DNA from: Proteromonas lacertae
Taxonomy: Eukaryota
Assembly: GCA_002245135.1 (NCBI GenBank)
Contig: NGBS01000584.1
Location: 186,001-250,000, forward strand
Direction of reading: 5' to 3'
DNA length: 64,000 bases
The notes under the pieces are model-generated. The model was not told the origin of the DNA, made no database searches, and worked only from the letters and a program-made list of their open reading frames with translations. Below are positions 13,801 to 26,526 of this stretch, one piece after another. How positions within the stretch are numbered: the first letter of the stretch is position 1; every line of letters starts with the position of its first letter. Position numbers and translations under genes: made by a program.

Positions 13801-15144
13801 TGGTAAAATTACACTGGAAGGATGTAATGGTATAACAAAAACAAGACAACAGATGATAGTATAATAATTAAATATAAATGTTACTGATATAGCTATTGGA
13901 AGAGAAAAGAAAGGTATATGAAGGTGTTATAAGAAACAAATTGAGTGAAATAATAAAGTATTTGAAAGAAATTCCATCATTAAAATGTCAATTTATTAAA
14001 CCAATTGAAAAAAAGAAATTAGATGAATATGAAAAACAATTGAAAGAAAGTATAAAAAAAGATGTGATAAGTGATATTGTTTTACAAAAAAATGGAATTG
14101 AGAATGAATTGGAAGCTTTATCAGAAGAGATAGAAAATTCAAATGTCACAGATAAGAATGATAGAAATATATTAAATGAATTTAAAAAGAATGAAAATAG
14201 ATTCTCTCAAATTAGTGTATAATATAATTTTGTTTAATAATGGATAGGATATATGTAATTTACACTCAAAATATCACAAAATAAGAGTTGAAAAATTGTA
14301 TTATCTTATATTTATGTGATGAATAAATAGAGTTAAGGAGATTGGAAACTTAAAAGATGTTACTGACTCTGAAGAAGATGCAATAGAATTACTTAAAGAA
14401 ACAAAGACAAAAGAAGAAGATTATAATAACATAAGATTAAAAGAAATAAACGATTTAATCAAAGTATATTTCCATGTAAATATAATCAATAGAATGTAAT
14501 TAAAATTAAGAATAGTATTATAGAAGAAGTGAGAAATAAACTGTATTTATTTCTCTTTATTTCATTTCTTAGATGTAAATGCACCAAACTTGATGAAATT
14601 ATCTCTCTTAATGGTAGTGTTTTTAAAGAATATAGAATATCTACAACTAAATTTAACTTATATTATAAGTCATTGGATAGAAAGGAAGAAGTAGTATCAA
14701 GAATGAAATATTTAATCATACCAATTGATAAAGAATATAATGTTATTTTAGCCAAAATGAAAGAATGTGATAAAGGAACAATTTGTATATAAAAACCATT
14801 TTATAATTTTATAATTGTAAATAGTCCAGATGCTAATATTCGATGGTTTAAAAGATGAAGAAGTTATAGATAAATTCATCGAATTAGATATAAATAAAAA
14901 CCTACCAGTAGTTAAAGAAAATAATGAGGAATCAAAACCAGAAACAGACATAAATACAGAATCAACAGTATTAAATCCTAAACCAACACCATCAGCAACA
15001 TCACAACCAGAAAAGTCAACATCAGTAAAGCAAAATCCAACTATACAATCAAATCAAGTAGGAGATACAAGATCACCAACATCAGAATCAAAAACAAAGC
15101 CATCAAATACACAATCATCCACTACATCAAAGCCTAGTCAGTAA
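10862..15144 (+). CDS. Divergent Hsp70/Hsp110-fold ATPase domain followed by long coiled coil and S/T/P-rich tail
   Basis: GVDIGS, LVDIGY, IAGGTCRIP and NMDEHISNG are degenerate Hsp70 NBD motifs; downstream exons join through short introns. Confidence 0.7.
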
Positions 15145-15416
15145 ATGAATAAATTCTCTAAGAATAATAGAAACAGGTTTATTCTACAATATTATATAAA
15201 TATATGATTTGAACGATAGTCACTTTGTATTATGTTTTTATCCGGTTTCAAAATTTCATATGATATTTGAAGAGTGAAAGAATTAGTGATTAAACACTTC
15301 TAAAAATTCTAATTCTTTATTCAGCCAAAATTTTGGAACCAATATTTTATTTCACATCTTTTCATTTTGTTTGAATATAAAAACAATTTGGCTGTGATAA
15401 ATACATATTATTTATA

Positions 15417-18400
15417 ATGAATAATTATGAAATCGTCAAGGAGATAGGGAAAGGTGGTTCTGCTACATGTTATTTAGTTAAACAGAAAATAACAGGCGAT
15501 GAATATGTTTGTAAAAAGGCTGATGCTACTAGTGAAGGATTGAACCAAAAAGACGTATTATCTATCATTTTTTACTGATTGTAGATTGAAAAGTACTACA
15601 TGGAGTTAGATATAATGGAAAGATTAAATCATCCTAATGTATATTTATATATAATCTATATTAGATAATTAAACTAATTGAGTCTTTTGTTGAAGAAGAA
15701 AGAAAATACATTATCCTAGAATATGCTTCTTTTGGCACTTTAGATGTCTACATAAATGACCATTTTCCTTTGCCAGAAGATACAATAGGATCATATATTT
15801 CACAGATTGTGTATGGTTTACAGTATCTACATGAGATACATGTGTTGCATCGGTATATTTGCATTTAATAATATTATTATAGTGATATGAAGACATCAAA
15901 TATATTTGTTTTCGCTCCAGATGCACAAATCGTCAAAATTGCAGATTTCGGTATATCTAAAATACTCGATCCTGCCAATTTAACAGCCACAATGGTAGGA
16001 ACACCATTTTATTTAGCTCCAGAGATGTGTTCTAATCAATCTTATGGATATCCTTCTGATATGTGGAGTTTAGGCTGTCTTATCTATGAAATATTAGAAG
16101 GACATAGAGCCTTTGAAAGTGATAATTTAGCAGAAATATTAGGATCAGTATGCAGTGGAACATACAGTGAAATGAAATTAAAACATTATAACCCTGAATG
16201 GAGAGAAATAGTTCAATCGTTACTTCAAGTAGAACCAACAGATCGACCAACAATTAATGAACTATGTAATAATCCATTGATATTAAAATATCACAACAAT
16301 TTCAAAGATCCATCTCATTCTTCATCAAAGATAAGTTCAAGGAATAGTTCAAGAAGAACATCAGTAGTTAGTATGTCTAACAGTAGTAACAATAATAACA
16401 ACTTATTACGTGATATATTAATTCCTACTTCTAATTCATTAAAGTCTCCACCAGCGTTAGATGGATCAGGTCATTGGAATTCACCAATGAATACACCTGG
16501 AAATGGACCAAGGAAAAGATTTTCATTCCAGGATGAAAGTTCACCATCTTTTAATATTAGAAAAAATGTAAAGAGTTCTATTAATGAAGGTACAGTTGTA
16601 TATATATATATATATTATTATTATTATTATTATAGTTGATAACAATTCATAATATATTGGATGAGATAGTTCAACATCATAATACATATGGAGTAGTATC
16701 AAATCCAGATGTTAAACAGAAATTAGATGATACAATTACTGTTATTAATAGTGTAGTAGTATATTTATATTTATATTTATTTATATAGTGTTGTAAAACT
16801 GGCCAATCATTGGAAGGCATAGGTGATTGTTATTATGAAATTGGTGAGTTTGAATTAGCCAATGATTTCTATGAAGAAGCTACACATTGTAAAAGAGGAG
16901 GTGCAAGTATTGATGTTATGGAAAAGAAAGGTAGAACATTAGCACAACATGCAATATCATTATACAAAGACTTGGTAAATCCAAAGAATTCTAATGTTAT
17001 ACTATCAGATTCAGTTATTGAAGGAATTCATGATAGAATATCTGTATAAATATATAATAATAATTATTAATAATAAATAGTCTGGTATAGATACTCTTAG
17101 TAGATTAGTTCAACTTAGCACAAGTCCAAAAAGACTTTATCTATTAGGTAATGCTTATTTTAAAAGAGCTTATCTTGGTACAGAGACATTTGTCGCTGAT
17201 TTAAATTCAGCAAAAGAATCATTTAAAGCTGCAGATCAATTAGAAACCGAAAGTGGAGGTTTTAATCCACAACATTTTATAAATTATTTATTATTAGAAG
17301 TTTTAGATGATCCACAAGTTGAATTATTTAACCAAGCAATAATCTGTAAAAATAAATGTATTAATTACAGTTCACATGCTGAAGAAGATGAAGAATATAC
17401 TTCACTGATTGACTGTAATAATATGGTCTTTTCTAATTTATTATTTATATTATTTACTGCCAATAAAAATATTTCAGTGACTATTGAAAGACAATATAGA
17501 AGTATTAATATTGATGAGTTTTCAAATGATATTATTAACGTATAATTATTATTTGTTTTTTTTTTTACTTTACTATTATAGATGCTTCATGAACCAACAC
17601 TTTCAAGGAATGATTATACAATATTATTATCTTACATTCCATTATTAACACAAATTGCATATAATAAATTACACACTAAACTATATGCAAAGAATTTCAG
17701 ATATTTACAATCTCAATATCAAATGTTAAACAATATTTTAGGCAATTTATTAGTAGCATTTCAAGAGAATATGAGGTCTAATAGAAATCCCAATAATTAT
17801 GATGATCAAATTATTATAAGTGAAAAAGACTATCACTGGTTTCAATATGTATATGATTTGAAAGATCGTAAAGATTCTTGTGATACAATTGTTTCTTCTC
17901 CAGAAAGCACAATCAATAGAAAGTATGATTTTCATATTTCATATTTATTTAGATTAACAAATCTAAGTAGTGATACAGCTGTTGATATAAATGAAGTAAT
18001 AATATCATCAACACAACAAGCAAAGAGGAGGTTGAAAGAACATGCAGGAATGAGAAAGAACACAACAGGTCATCCAGTTCCATTGGATGTATTACAGAGA
18101 ATTAATTTAAACTTTCAAAGACAGAATATACTATCTGAAGATGATTCAAGTGATACAATTGTATATATATATTATTTATTATTATTATAGAATTCCTATT
18201 CATTTGGAAGTAATAGATTCAATAAGTCACACAGTATGTTTGCACCATTAGTAGCACCAACAAAAAGTGCAAGTTTAACATTTTCCATTAATGATGATAG
18301 AAGGTTAGACAGTTCAAATAGCAATGTAGTTATACCTCCATCAAATCCAGTGTTACATGATTATCAAGGTGGAGATATTCGACTAGTTAGAAAGTCAATG

Positions 18401-18946
18401 ACTAGAAGAGCTAGCTCAAGTATTTCTCGTAAAAGTGCAAAGAGTGAATCAACTTATTCATCTCCCTCTGTAGTAAATAGATCATCACTTCAAGATGAAT
18501 TAACACCATCTCCTGTTACTCCACCAATCACAAAGAAACTATTTCATACACCTCCATCACCACAAAAACATGACTTTACTCCTTTAATACAATCTCCACT
18601 TTCTAGTAGTGATGTTGTTATGCCTCCAATACCTGAAGAAGTTCAATCTAAAGAAAGACTTCAGAAATTACAACAACAACAACAACAACAATCTCAAGAT
18701 AAAAAAGAAGTTAGTAGTAGTAATAATAAAACTCAACAGAAACAACAACAAGATAATAATAATAATAGTCAATCGAATCAAAAAGAAAAACAGAATCAAG
18801 AAAAGTCTCAAGAAACAAAAAGAGAAAGTAGGAATTCAAAACAAGATAAAATGCCAACACCTCCAACCTCACCAAATCCATCAGATTCAAAACAGAAAGA
18901 GAAGAATATTGTAGTTTCTGAAAGACACTGTTGTATTATTCTTTAA
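15417..18946 (+). CDS. NEK/NIMA-like Ser/Thr kinase with TPR-like region and C-terminal CCIIL
   Basis: IGKGGSA, HR|DMKTSNIF, IADFGISK, GTPFYLAPE and SDMWSLGC; TPR-like EGIGDCYYEIGEFELANDFY. Confidence 0.85.
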
Positions 18947-19056
18947 TTTACATAAATTTACTAATTAACTATTTTTGCTCTTTTTTATTATCTAAAACAT
19001 AATAATAATAAATGCAAAATAATATTAATTAACAAATACAAAAAAAAACTTAATCA

Positions 19057-20403
19057 TTACAATAAATGAGTTTTCATTATATACTTATATTTCCTATAAA
19101 ACACAAAACTCAATCCAATTAATGCTACAAGTAAGAACACAAATGGCCATTTCCATTTTCCTTGATTTTTATTCACTTCAGTATCAATCTCCTGTTGTAA
19201 CACTCTTTCAACAGCTTGTAACCTTTGATTTACCTCAGAATTAACTTTCTCTTCCAATAATTCCTTCAGTTTCTTTTCTAATTCAATAATTCTTTCTTCA
19301 GAAGCATCTCCTTGCTTTTGTATTTTACCAATTGTTTGTTTTAACTCATCATTTACTGCTGTTAATTGATGCTCTAAATGATGTTCTAAATCTCCTAACT
19401 TTATTTCAGTTTGTAATTCTAATCCATTAATTTTTTCATGTAATGCTTTTTCAATTGGATTCATTTGAGTTATATCACCTCCAGCTTTTGCTACTTCATT
19501 ATTAAATTCAGATTCTTTTTCATTCTTTTCTTCTTCTAATTTCTTCTTCTCTTCATCAGGAATTTCATCAATATTAGCTGTATTATAAACATTGAAACTT
19601 AATATATCATGATTATCAGCTAATTGACCAGTAGCTGCTGATATACCAACAAATATACTATCAGCCCATGATTTATCAAAAGGAACTTCAGTTTCAGCAC
19701 AATCTACATACTTTCCATCACCTTTTGCATCAATTACAACTTTAAATTTCTTTGTTTCAGCATTGTAGGAGAATCTAGCTTCTGCATGGTTATGAATATT
19801 AAAGTCATCTCGACTTTCACACCATCTATAGTAACTATCACAACCTGGAACCTCTGTATTCATATCTGTTATATCCCTACCACCATCATTTACAACTATA
19901 CTTATATCTTTGTGAATATTGGCTCTTTCCGTATTTTTGAATGTATCGAAGGTAATTGCTACACCTTTGAACATTCCTGATGTACCAAAGTATTTACCAT
20001 TTCTAAAACTTGGTTGAGTACTGAATATTATTGTAAAACCATCACCAAATAATGTTTTACCCTATTAAAAATGCAAAATAAATATCAAATTATACTTGTC
20101 CTGAAACTCTAAATCTTAGAGATGCAGAAAATACATGACCATCAAAACCAGTGTTACTGTAAATGAAACCACTTTTACTTTGACGATCTGGAGTAAGTCT
20201 TAGAAAATTTTCTTGTAATGTTGCATCACCTCCAATTCTCCATTCAGGAACAATTCTTTTACCTAGAATGTTAGAAATGAGTTTCAAAAAATACCACTTT
20301 CATCAAACTTTTTGAAAGGTGAATTAAATGATACCTTTTCAACCTTATCAACAGCAAGAACAGTTAGAAGAATTGATAATAACACCAAAATGATAGTTTT
20401 CAT
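19057..20403 (-). CDS. L-type lectin cargo receptor (ERGIC-53/VIP36 family)
   Basis: Signal peptide, LRLTPDRQSK, GDGF, FDTFKN, GISAATGQLADNHDI, coiled coil, TM helix and short tail KTHLL. Confidence 0.9.
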
Positions 20404-20734
20404 TTTTCAAATAAAGCTCGAAACACAATCTTCTCAAGCCAAATCGAAAAATCCATTTTGATTTTTTGAACTTAATAGAAGGTATTTTAAAATAATAACT
20501 CCTGAAACTATTAATTCACTACAAACATGTTTGATGTTGACGAAATTGTTTTACTTTAATTTTAAATGTAAATAATTCTCTTCTATGTTTTGTGCAAAGT
20601 ATTTTCGTTTGATTCTTATTTTATAAAGAATGATTTTAATAAAACTATTATTGCACTTTAAAACACATTAGACAAAATGCTTGAACAAGTTCAAGCTTTA
20701 TTTTTTCGATAATTTAAAATTGTAACTGGACTGA

Positions 20735-23700
20735 ATGTTTACAGCCGCTGCAGCTGCTGCAAGGAATAAAGCAAATTTTGACCAACCAAATTCTAAGTCA
20801 AGAATAAGTCGTATTATTAGTTTTGAGTTTATTTTTTAATTTATAGTTAAAAGAGCAGGAGAAGGATTAGAAGATACATCTGTGATAATCAACCCTATTT
20901 ATGGATATCAAAAAAGAGTTAAACATCCTCGGAAGTCCATTTCAGGAAGAGAAAGGTCTTCTTCCATGTCGTCCCTTTCAGGTGATGATAGTGAATCTAG
21001 GATATATATAAAACGTTATTATAAATTCACAATAAATCCAAATGTTACTTACAAACTATTGTGGGATGCTCTTGTTGCAGTAATCGTCATTTATTCAATT
21101 ATAATGGTTCCCCTACAACTGGCATTTTCTACAGCGTCAGATGGAGCATTTGTAGTTATTGATTGGATTGTAGATGGTCTATTTATGGTAGATATTATTA
21201 TTAATTTCTTTACTGCATATAATGACAGTAGAGGAACAGTATATAGTAATTGTATGATAGTAAAACATTATTTTAAAACATGGTTTATAATTGATTTAGT
21301 TTCAACTATTCCTTTTGATAAAATATTTTGTATATTCTATTTATTTTATTAATAATAATGATTATAATAGCATCAGCATCATCAGCTCTAAAACTAATGA
21401 GGTTATTAAAAGCCTTAAGATTATTAAAACTGTTGAAATTATTTCGAGTGTTGAAGTTATCAAGATATATTGATACAATTAAAGAAAGCTTTCCAGGAAA
21501 TGATACACTATTTACTTTACTCACATTTTCAGTCACTTTGACATTAGCAGGTCATTTAATGGCATGTTTATGGTATGGGACTATATCAATGGATTCTAAT
21601 AATGATTTAAATTGGATTCATTTATCTGAAGATATTGATCTAGATAATACAGGAAAACAGTATGTTGTTTCATTATATTGGGCTTTTACTACGTATATTT
21701 GTATATATTATATTATTATAATTAGTATGACAACTGTTGGTTTTGGTGATATAGTCGCTGAGAGTATAAGTGAGAAGATAGTAGCTTCAATATGTATGGT
21801 TATTGGAGCAGCTGTATTAGGTTATGTATTAGGAAATATATCAAGTTTATTACAAGATTATAATTTAATTGATGTAGCTAGGAAAAAACAAATGGAAAGG
21901 CTAAAGAATTATTGTGTATATTATTATATATATTATTATTATTATGTGTAAATAGTATGACAGAAATGTTCCAACAAATCTAAGAAAAAGGTTAGAAGCA
22001 CATCAAAAATACAGTCAAAGAATCAAATCAGTAATTGATGAAGATGATTTATTGAATAAATTTCCTTCTAGAGATCATATTGGATTAATATATAAAGAAT
22101 ATAGTCAAATAATTGAAGATGTTCGAGTATTAAAAGAATTTTATAATTACACTGCTGTTTGTCAGTTTGTTCATGTCATTTATCCATTTTATGCAATTAA
22201 AGGAGAGTTTATTATGTTAAGAGGTGAAATTGCTTATCAAATATACGTATTAAGAAGTGGCAAATTGTATTATGGTTTACCAGTTAATGGTAAAATAGAT
22301 CCTAAAAAGTCACATATTGTCACATCAGTGATGGGTGAAATGCCAAAGTACGAATTCTTTGGTAAAGATGCATTGAATGAACATGAGAGTATTTACTCAT
22401 ATAATATATTATGTGAAGTAAAGAGTGAGCTATTATTTGCTAGAAATGTTGATGTTTTACCAATGATTAATACTTATCCATATCTAAGGGATAATATGTT
22501 CAAATATGAAGTGAAAATAATGAATAAATTATCAAAAACAGCGTATTATTTTGTTATTAATTATATTATGTAGGAGAATTGAAGGTACTGGACAACTGTC
22601 ATCATCGCAAATAATAAGACCAAAAGAATCATCACGTTTTGCAACTCCAATAGTATTAGGAAGATCAATTCGAGATAGATTATCTAATAGTAATAGACAG
22701 TATTTAGATTCACCTGATCATAGTCCAGTTGATATTCTATTAGATAATAAGAAAAAACAATATTCAAAAGAGTTAGCTCCACCACCATTTGAACCAATTA
22801 CAACCCAAGAAAAGAAGGAAGAGAATAAAGAAAAAGTGGAAGAGAATAGAGAGAGTCAACCAACAGTAGAACAACAAACTAAGCAAAATACATTCACAAA
22901 TACCACTACAACAACCACAAATAATTATTACAATAATCCATTAGAATCAGTGAATAACAATGACGCTAATGAATTTGATATAGATGATGATGATGATATT
23001 GATAATAATACAATTACCTTTATAAAGAATGTCAGAAATAGTAAAGCAAGTGAAAGAGCATCAACAACATCCAATAGAACCTCAATAATATCACAAGAAT
23101 CATCATTTAGAGCATTTAAGAAACATCATTATGTTATTTATCCTTATCATCCATTCAAAATCATTTGGGATTTATATATAGCTGTATTAATCTTGTACAG
23201 TGTTATTGAAGTTCCTTTTGTAATAGCATTTGAAGTAAAACTACCAGAAGGTTTACACATATTTGATTTATATATTATAACCATATCATTTGTTATTGAT
23301 ATGATATTATCCTTTAATACTGGATTGATTAATTCATTTGATGCTCCAAATTATAAAAGAAAAGATATATGTAAATCATATTTAAAGTTCTGGTTTTGGA
23401 TTGATTTAATATCAACTATTCCATTTGATGAATTATTTGTTACTACTAGTGGTGGATTGAAAGCAATAAAATTAGTAAAAGTAATACGTCTAATTCGATT
23501 AGTAAGGTTAATTCGTCTTTTAAAACTTGATAAAATAATGCAGAAATATGATGATTATATTAACCCAACCGCAATTCAAATCATTAAACAGTTATTTATA
23601 ATGTTATTTATTGCTCATTTAGTTGGTTGTTTATGGTATGGAGTTTCTGCTTATTCTATAACTGAAGAAGATCCAGATAGCAACTGGATAAGTGGTTATT

Positions 23701-24717
23701 GTGTATATCAAAATGCTTCAGATTATTCAGATTGTTTACCATTAAAAAATGAAACTTTAGGTATTAAATACCTAACTTCAATATATTTTTCTTTTGCTTT
23801 AATGGGTACTGTTGGTTATGGAGATATACACGCTAATCATTTGAATATAGCTGAAATGTTAGTTAGTTGTTTTCTATTGGTCGTTGGTACAACAACAATG
23901 TCATATTTAATCTCCAGTGTAATGGGTTTAGTTCTGAATGTCAATCCTGGTAAAGCAATAAGAAGTGATAAATTGAGATTAATTAATGGATATAGTGATG
24001 ATATTGGATTGTCAGATGATATGACTAAGAGATTGAAGAAAATAAGTGATTATACTTTGACAATGCAAAGTGGATTTGATACTGATAATTTATTCAGAAA
24101 TTTCCCAAATTTATTAAAAGAGGAAGTGATTAGAAATATCAACTGATCCAATAGTATCAACTTTTAGCATATTGAATGAATTAGAACAAGCGTTTCCTGG
24201 CTTTGTTTCTTATATTTGGCCTTTATTTCGATGTTATCAAGCTTTACCAAATGATTATTTGTGGAAAACAGGTGAAGATATAAATGAATTGTATTTCATA
24301 TTTCATGGACAATTACGAGTTAGTAAAATGGATGGTCAAACTACGTTGATCAATATTGGATCAATATTAGGAGAAGCAGCTATGTTGATTCCGTTGAGTG
24401 TGTATTGCATCAATTGTAGTGATTGTCAAGCTGTAATAACAAGCCAGATATTATCACTACAAAGAAATCAATTAGATTATATTAAAGGTGTTAGTCATGA
24501 AGTATATAATCAAATGAAACTCAAATTGTTGCATAATATTGAAGTTGAACAACCAATTTATATAGATCCTGTAAATATAGATGATGAAATTAGAGATATG
24601 CATTTGTGTATTGAGAGTTATTGCCCTCCTAGAAGCACACACGAATTTTTGACTGATGTAAATATAACTAATATAACTGAAGGGGAAGATGTAAATAAGA
24701 ATAATAATAAGAAATAG
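20735..24717 (+). CDS. Cyclic-nucleotide-binding-domain K+ channel with two tandem 6TM-pore-CNBD repeats
   Basis: Two S4 segments (RLLKALRLLK; RLIRLVRLIRLLK), two pores (TTVGFGD; GTVGYGD), two C-linker/CNBD regions; a +1 frame break at about 24140. Confidence 0.85.
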
Positions 24718-25009
24718 ATAGATATTGTATAATATAGTCCTTATTTTTTCCGTTAATAATATATTTCTTTTTTTATTTTCATATTTTTATCAAAATCAAA
24801 AAGTACAATTAATTCATACATTTATATGTGAAATAAATTAACATATGCGATGAAATGAAGAAATAAAAAAAAACTGAACATTTCTATTTTCTTTGATTAT
24901 CAAGAGTATCGATGACTATACTTAAATGGGATTGGTGTTGAAACACATTGTTGTAACACATAAATTTTTGAATTGTTAACCACTCTTTCTTGACTGTTTA
25001 TATTGATAA

Positions 25010-26446
25010 ATGAAGATTATTTATCTATTTTTCATTATTTTGTCTTTAAGTTCTGTTAAGGCTTTAGATGACACATTAAATATGTATTTTGATTTGGAAG
25101 GAGTAGTTCCTGGTTTTCAAACTGAACTACATATTATGAATGCAGGCAGATTCAACTCTGAAGTAGCAAGATTTGCAAACAGTATTGCAATACCAGCAAA
25201 TGTTTCAAGATGCAAACTGAGATGGCATGCAGGTGAAGGTAAAGGCACTACTTATAAAGCTAAAGTTATAGCAGATCAGCCAGAAAATTTAGGTGTTGCT
25301 TTAGATATACCCTCAAAAGGTAGTGTTACAACCTACGTACAAGAGTATAGTAATTACTCATTATTTTGATAGATTTTTTATTTATTTCACTTGCCATCAG
25401 TTAGGAACATATAAAATGACATTGAAACTTCAATTTTTTAATAAAGATGGAACAGAAGAATATGAAGGATTTGAAATTTACCCAAGTCACATATGTTCGC
25501 AAATAGGTATTGTGATTGTTATTTTATTTTATGTATAGATTATGATCCTTGTACTTATTATCATGATTCAATCCCAGCTAAAAAGAGATCTACAATAGAA
25601 TTTACAAGTGTTAATCTTCAACCTTATGATGTTGATACAATTGAAAGATTTAAGACTATTTATGAAAATTTATATAGTAGTACTACAGTATTATCCATTC
25701 AAGGAGCTACAAGTGATGTAAGAGAACAACTTACAAAAACTGTTTTAAATACATATAAATATAGAATTCCCTATCCACATAAAAAGGATGAAGAACAATC
25801 TGCACCACTTTATTTGATGAGTGCAAATCCAATTTATACTTGTAATTATTTTGAATTTGATGAAAATCATGAATATGGTGCTGTTATTGCTGGTATAGCG
25901 ATGGGTGAAAATAGAATTGCATTTGTGATTAATGCTTTATTTCCTCCACTTGTAGAAGATAATTATGAAGCAGTAATAAAACAAGTTACAGAAGAATTAG
26001 ATAATAGCAGTTAACTGCTTTTATGGAAGATCATCCAAAATATTTTGTTGATGGCTACTTTATGGGTGATGTGAATTTTGATACTGATTTTGAAACTACA
26101 TTTATGAAAGAATTAAATTCTACAATTGGAGAAACTATAGGCACAAATCATCCTGGAAATGGTTTAGTATTAGGATATTATAAGAAAACAACTAATACTA
26201 CAGTTACTTCATATCAGACAAAAACGTATATATAAGCATAATATTATTACATCTTATAGAATTGGAAATAAAAATTATACATATGATGAAGGTTATTTTA
26301 TTGGTGCAGTAAAGGATGGTGCTCTTGTAACAAAAATAAGTTTGGGACAAGATCCAGTACCTGATGATACTAGTGATTCTGCTAGTGATTTATTCAGTTT
26401 AATGTGTTTAATCTTGTCATTCATTTCTATTTTAATAATTATGTAA
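25010..26446 (+). CDS. Signal peptide + WIF-like domain + degenerate EEP domain + C-terminal hydrophobic (GPI-like) signal
   Basis: Introns 25345-25372, 25507-25538 and 26226-26259, plus a frame break or atypical intron near 26010; C-terminus SDSASDLFSLMCLILSFISILIIM*. Confidence 0.8.
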
Positions 26447-26526
26447 AAATGAAAGTTTTATAAATGTTTTTATTTAATTTTTTATTGTTTGGCTTAAAGA
26501 AAATAGTATGAAATACACAACAACAA

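Noticed and set aside
24935..24971. Hairpin plus AATTTTTG Sm-like site
   Set aside because: No U1, U2, U4 or U5 motifs nearby; expected by chance in AT-rich DNA.
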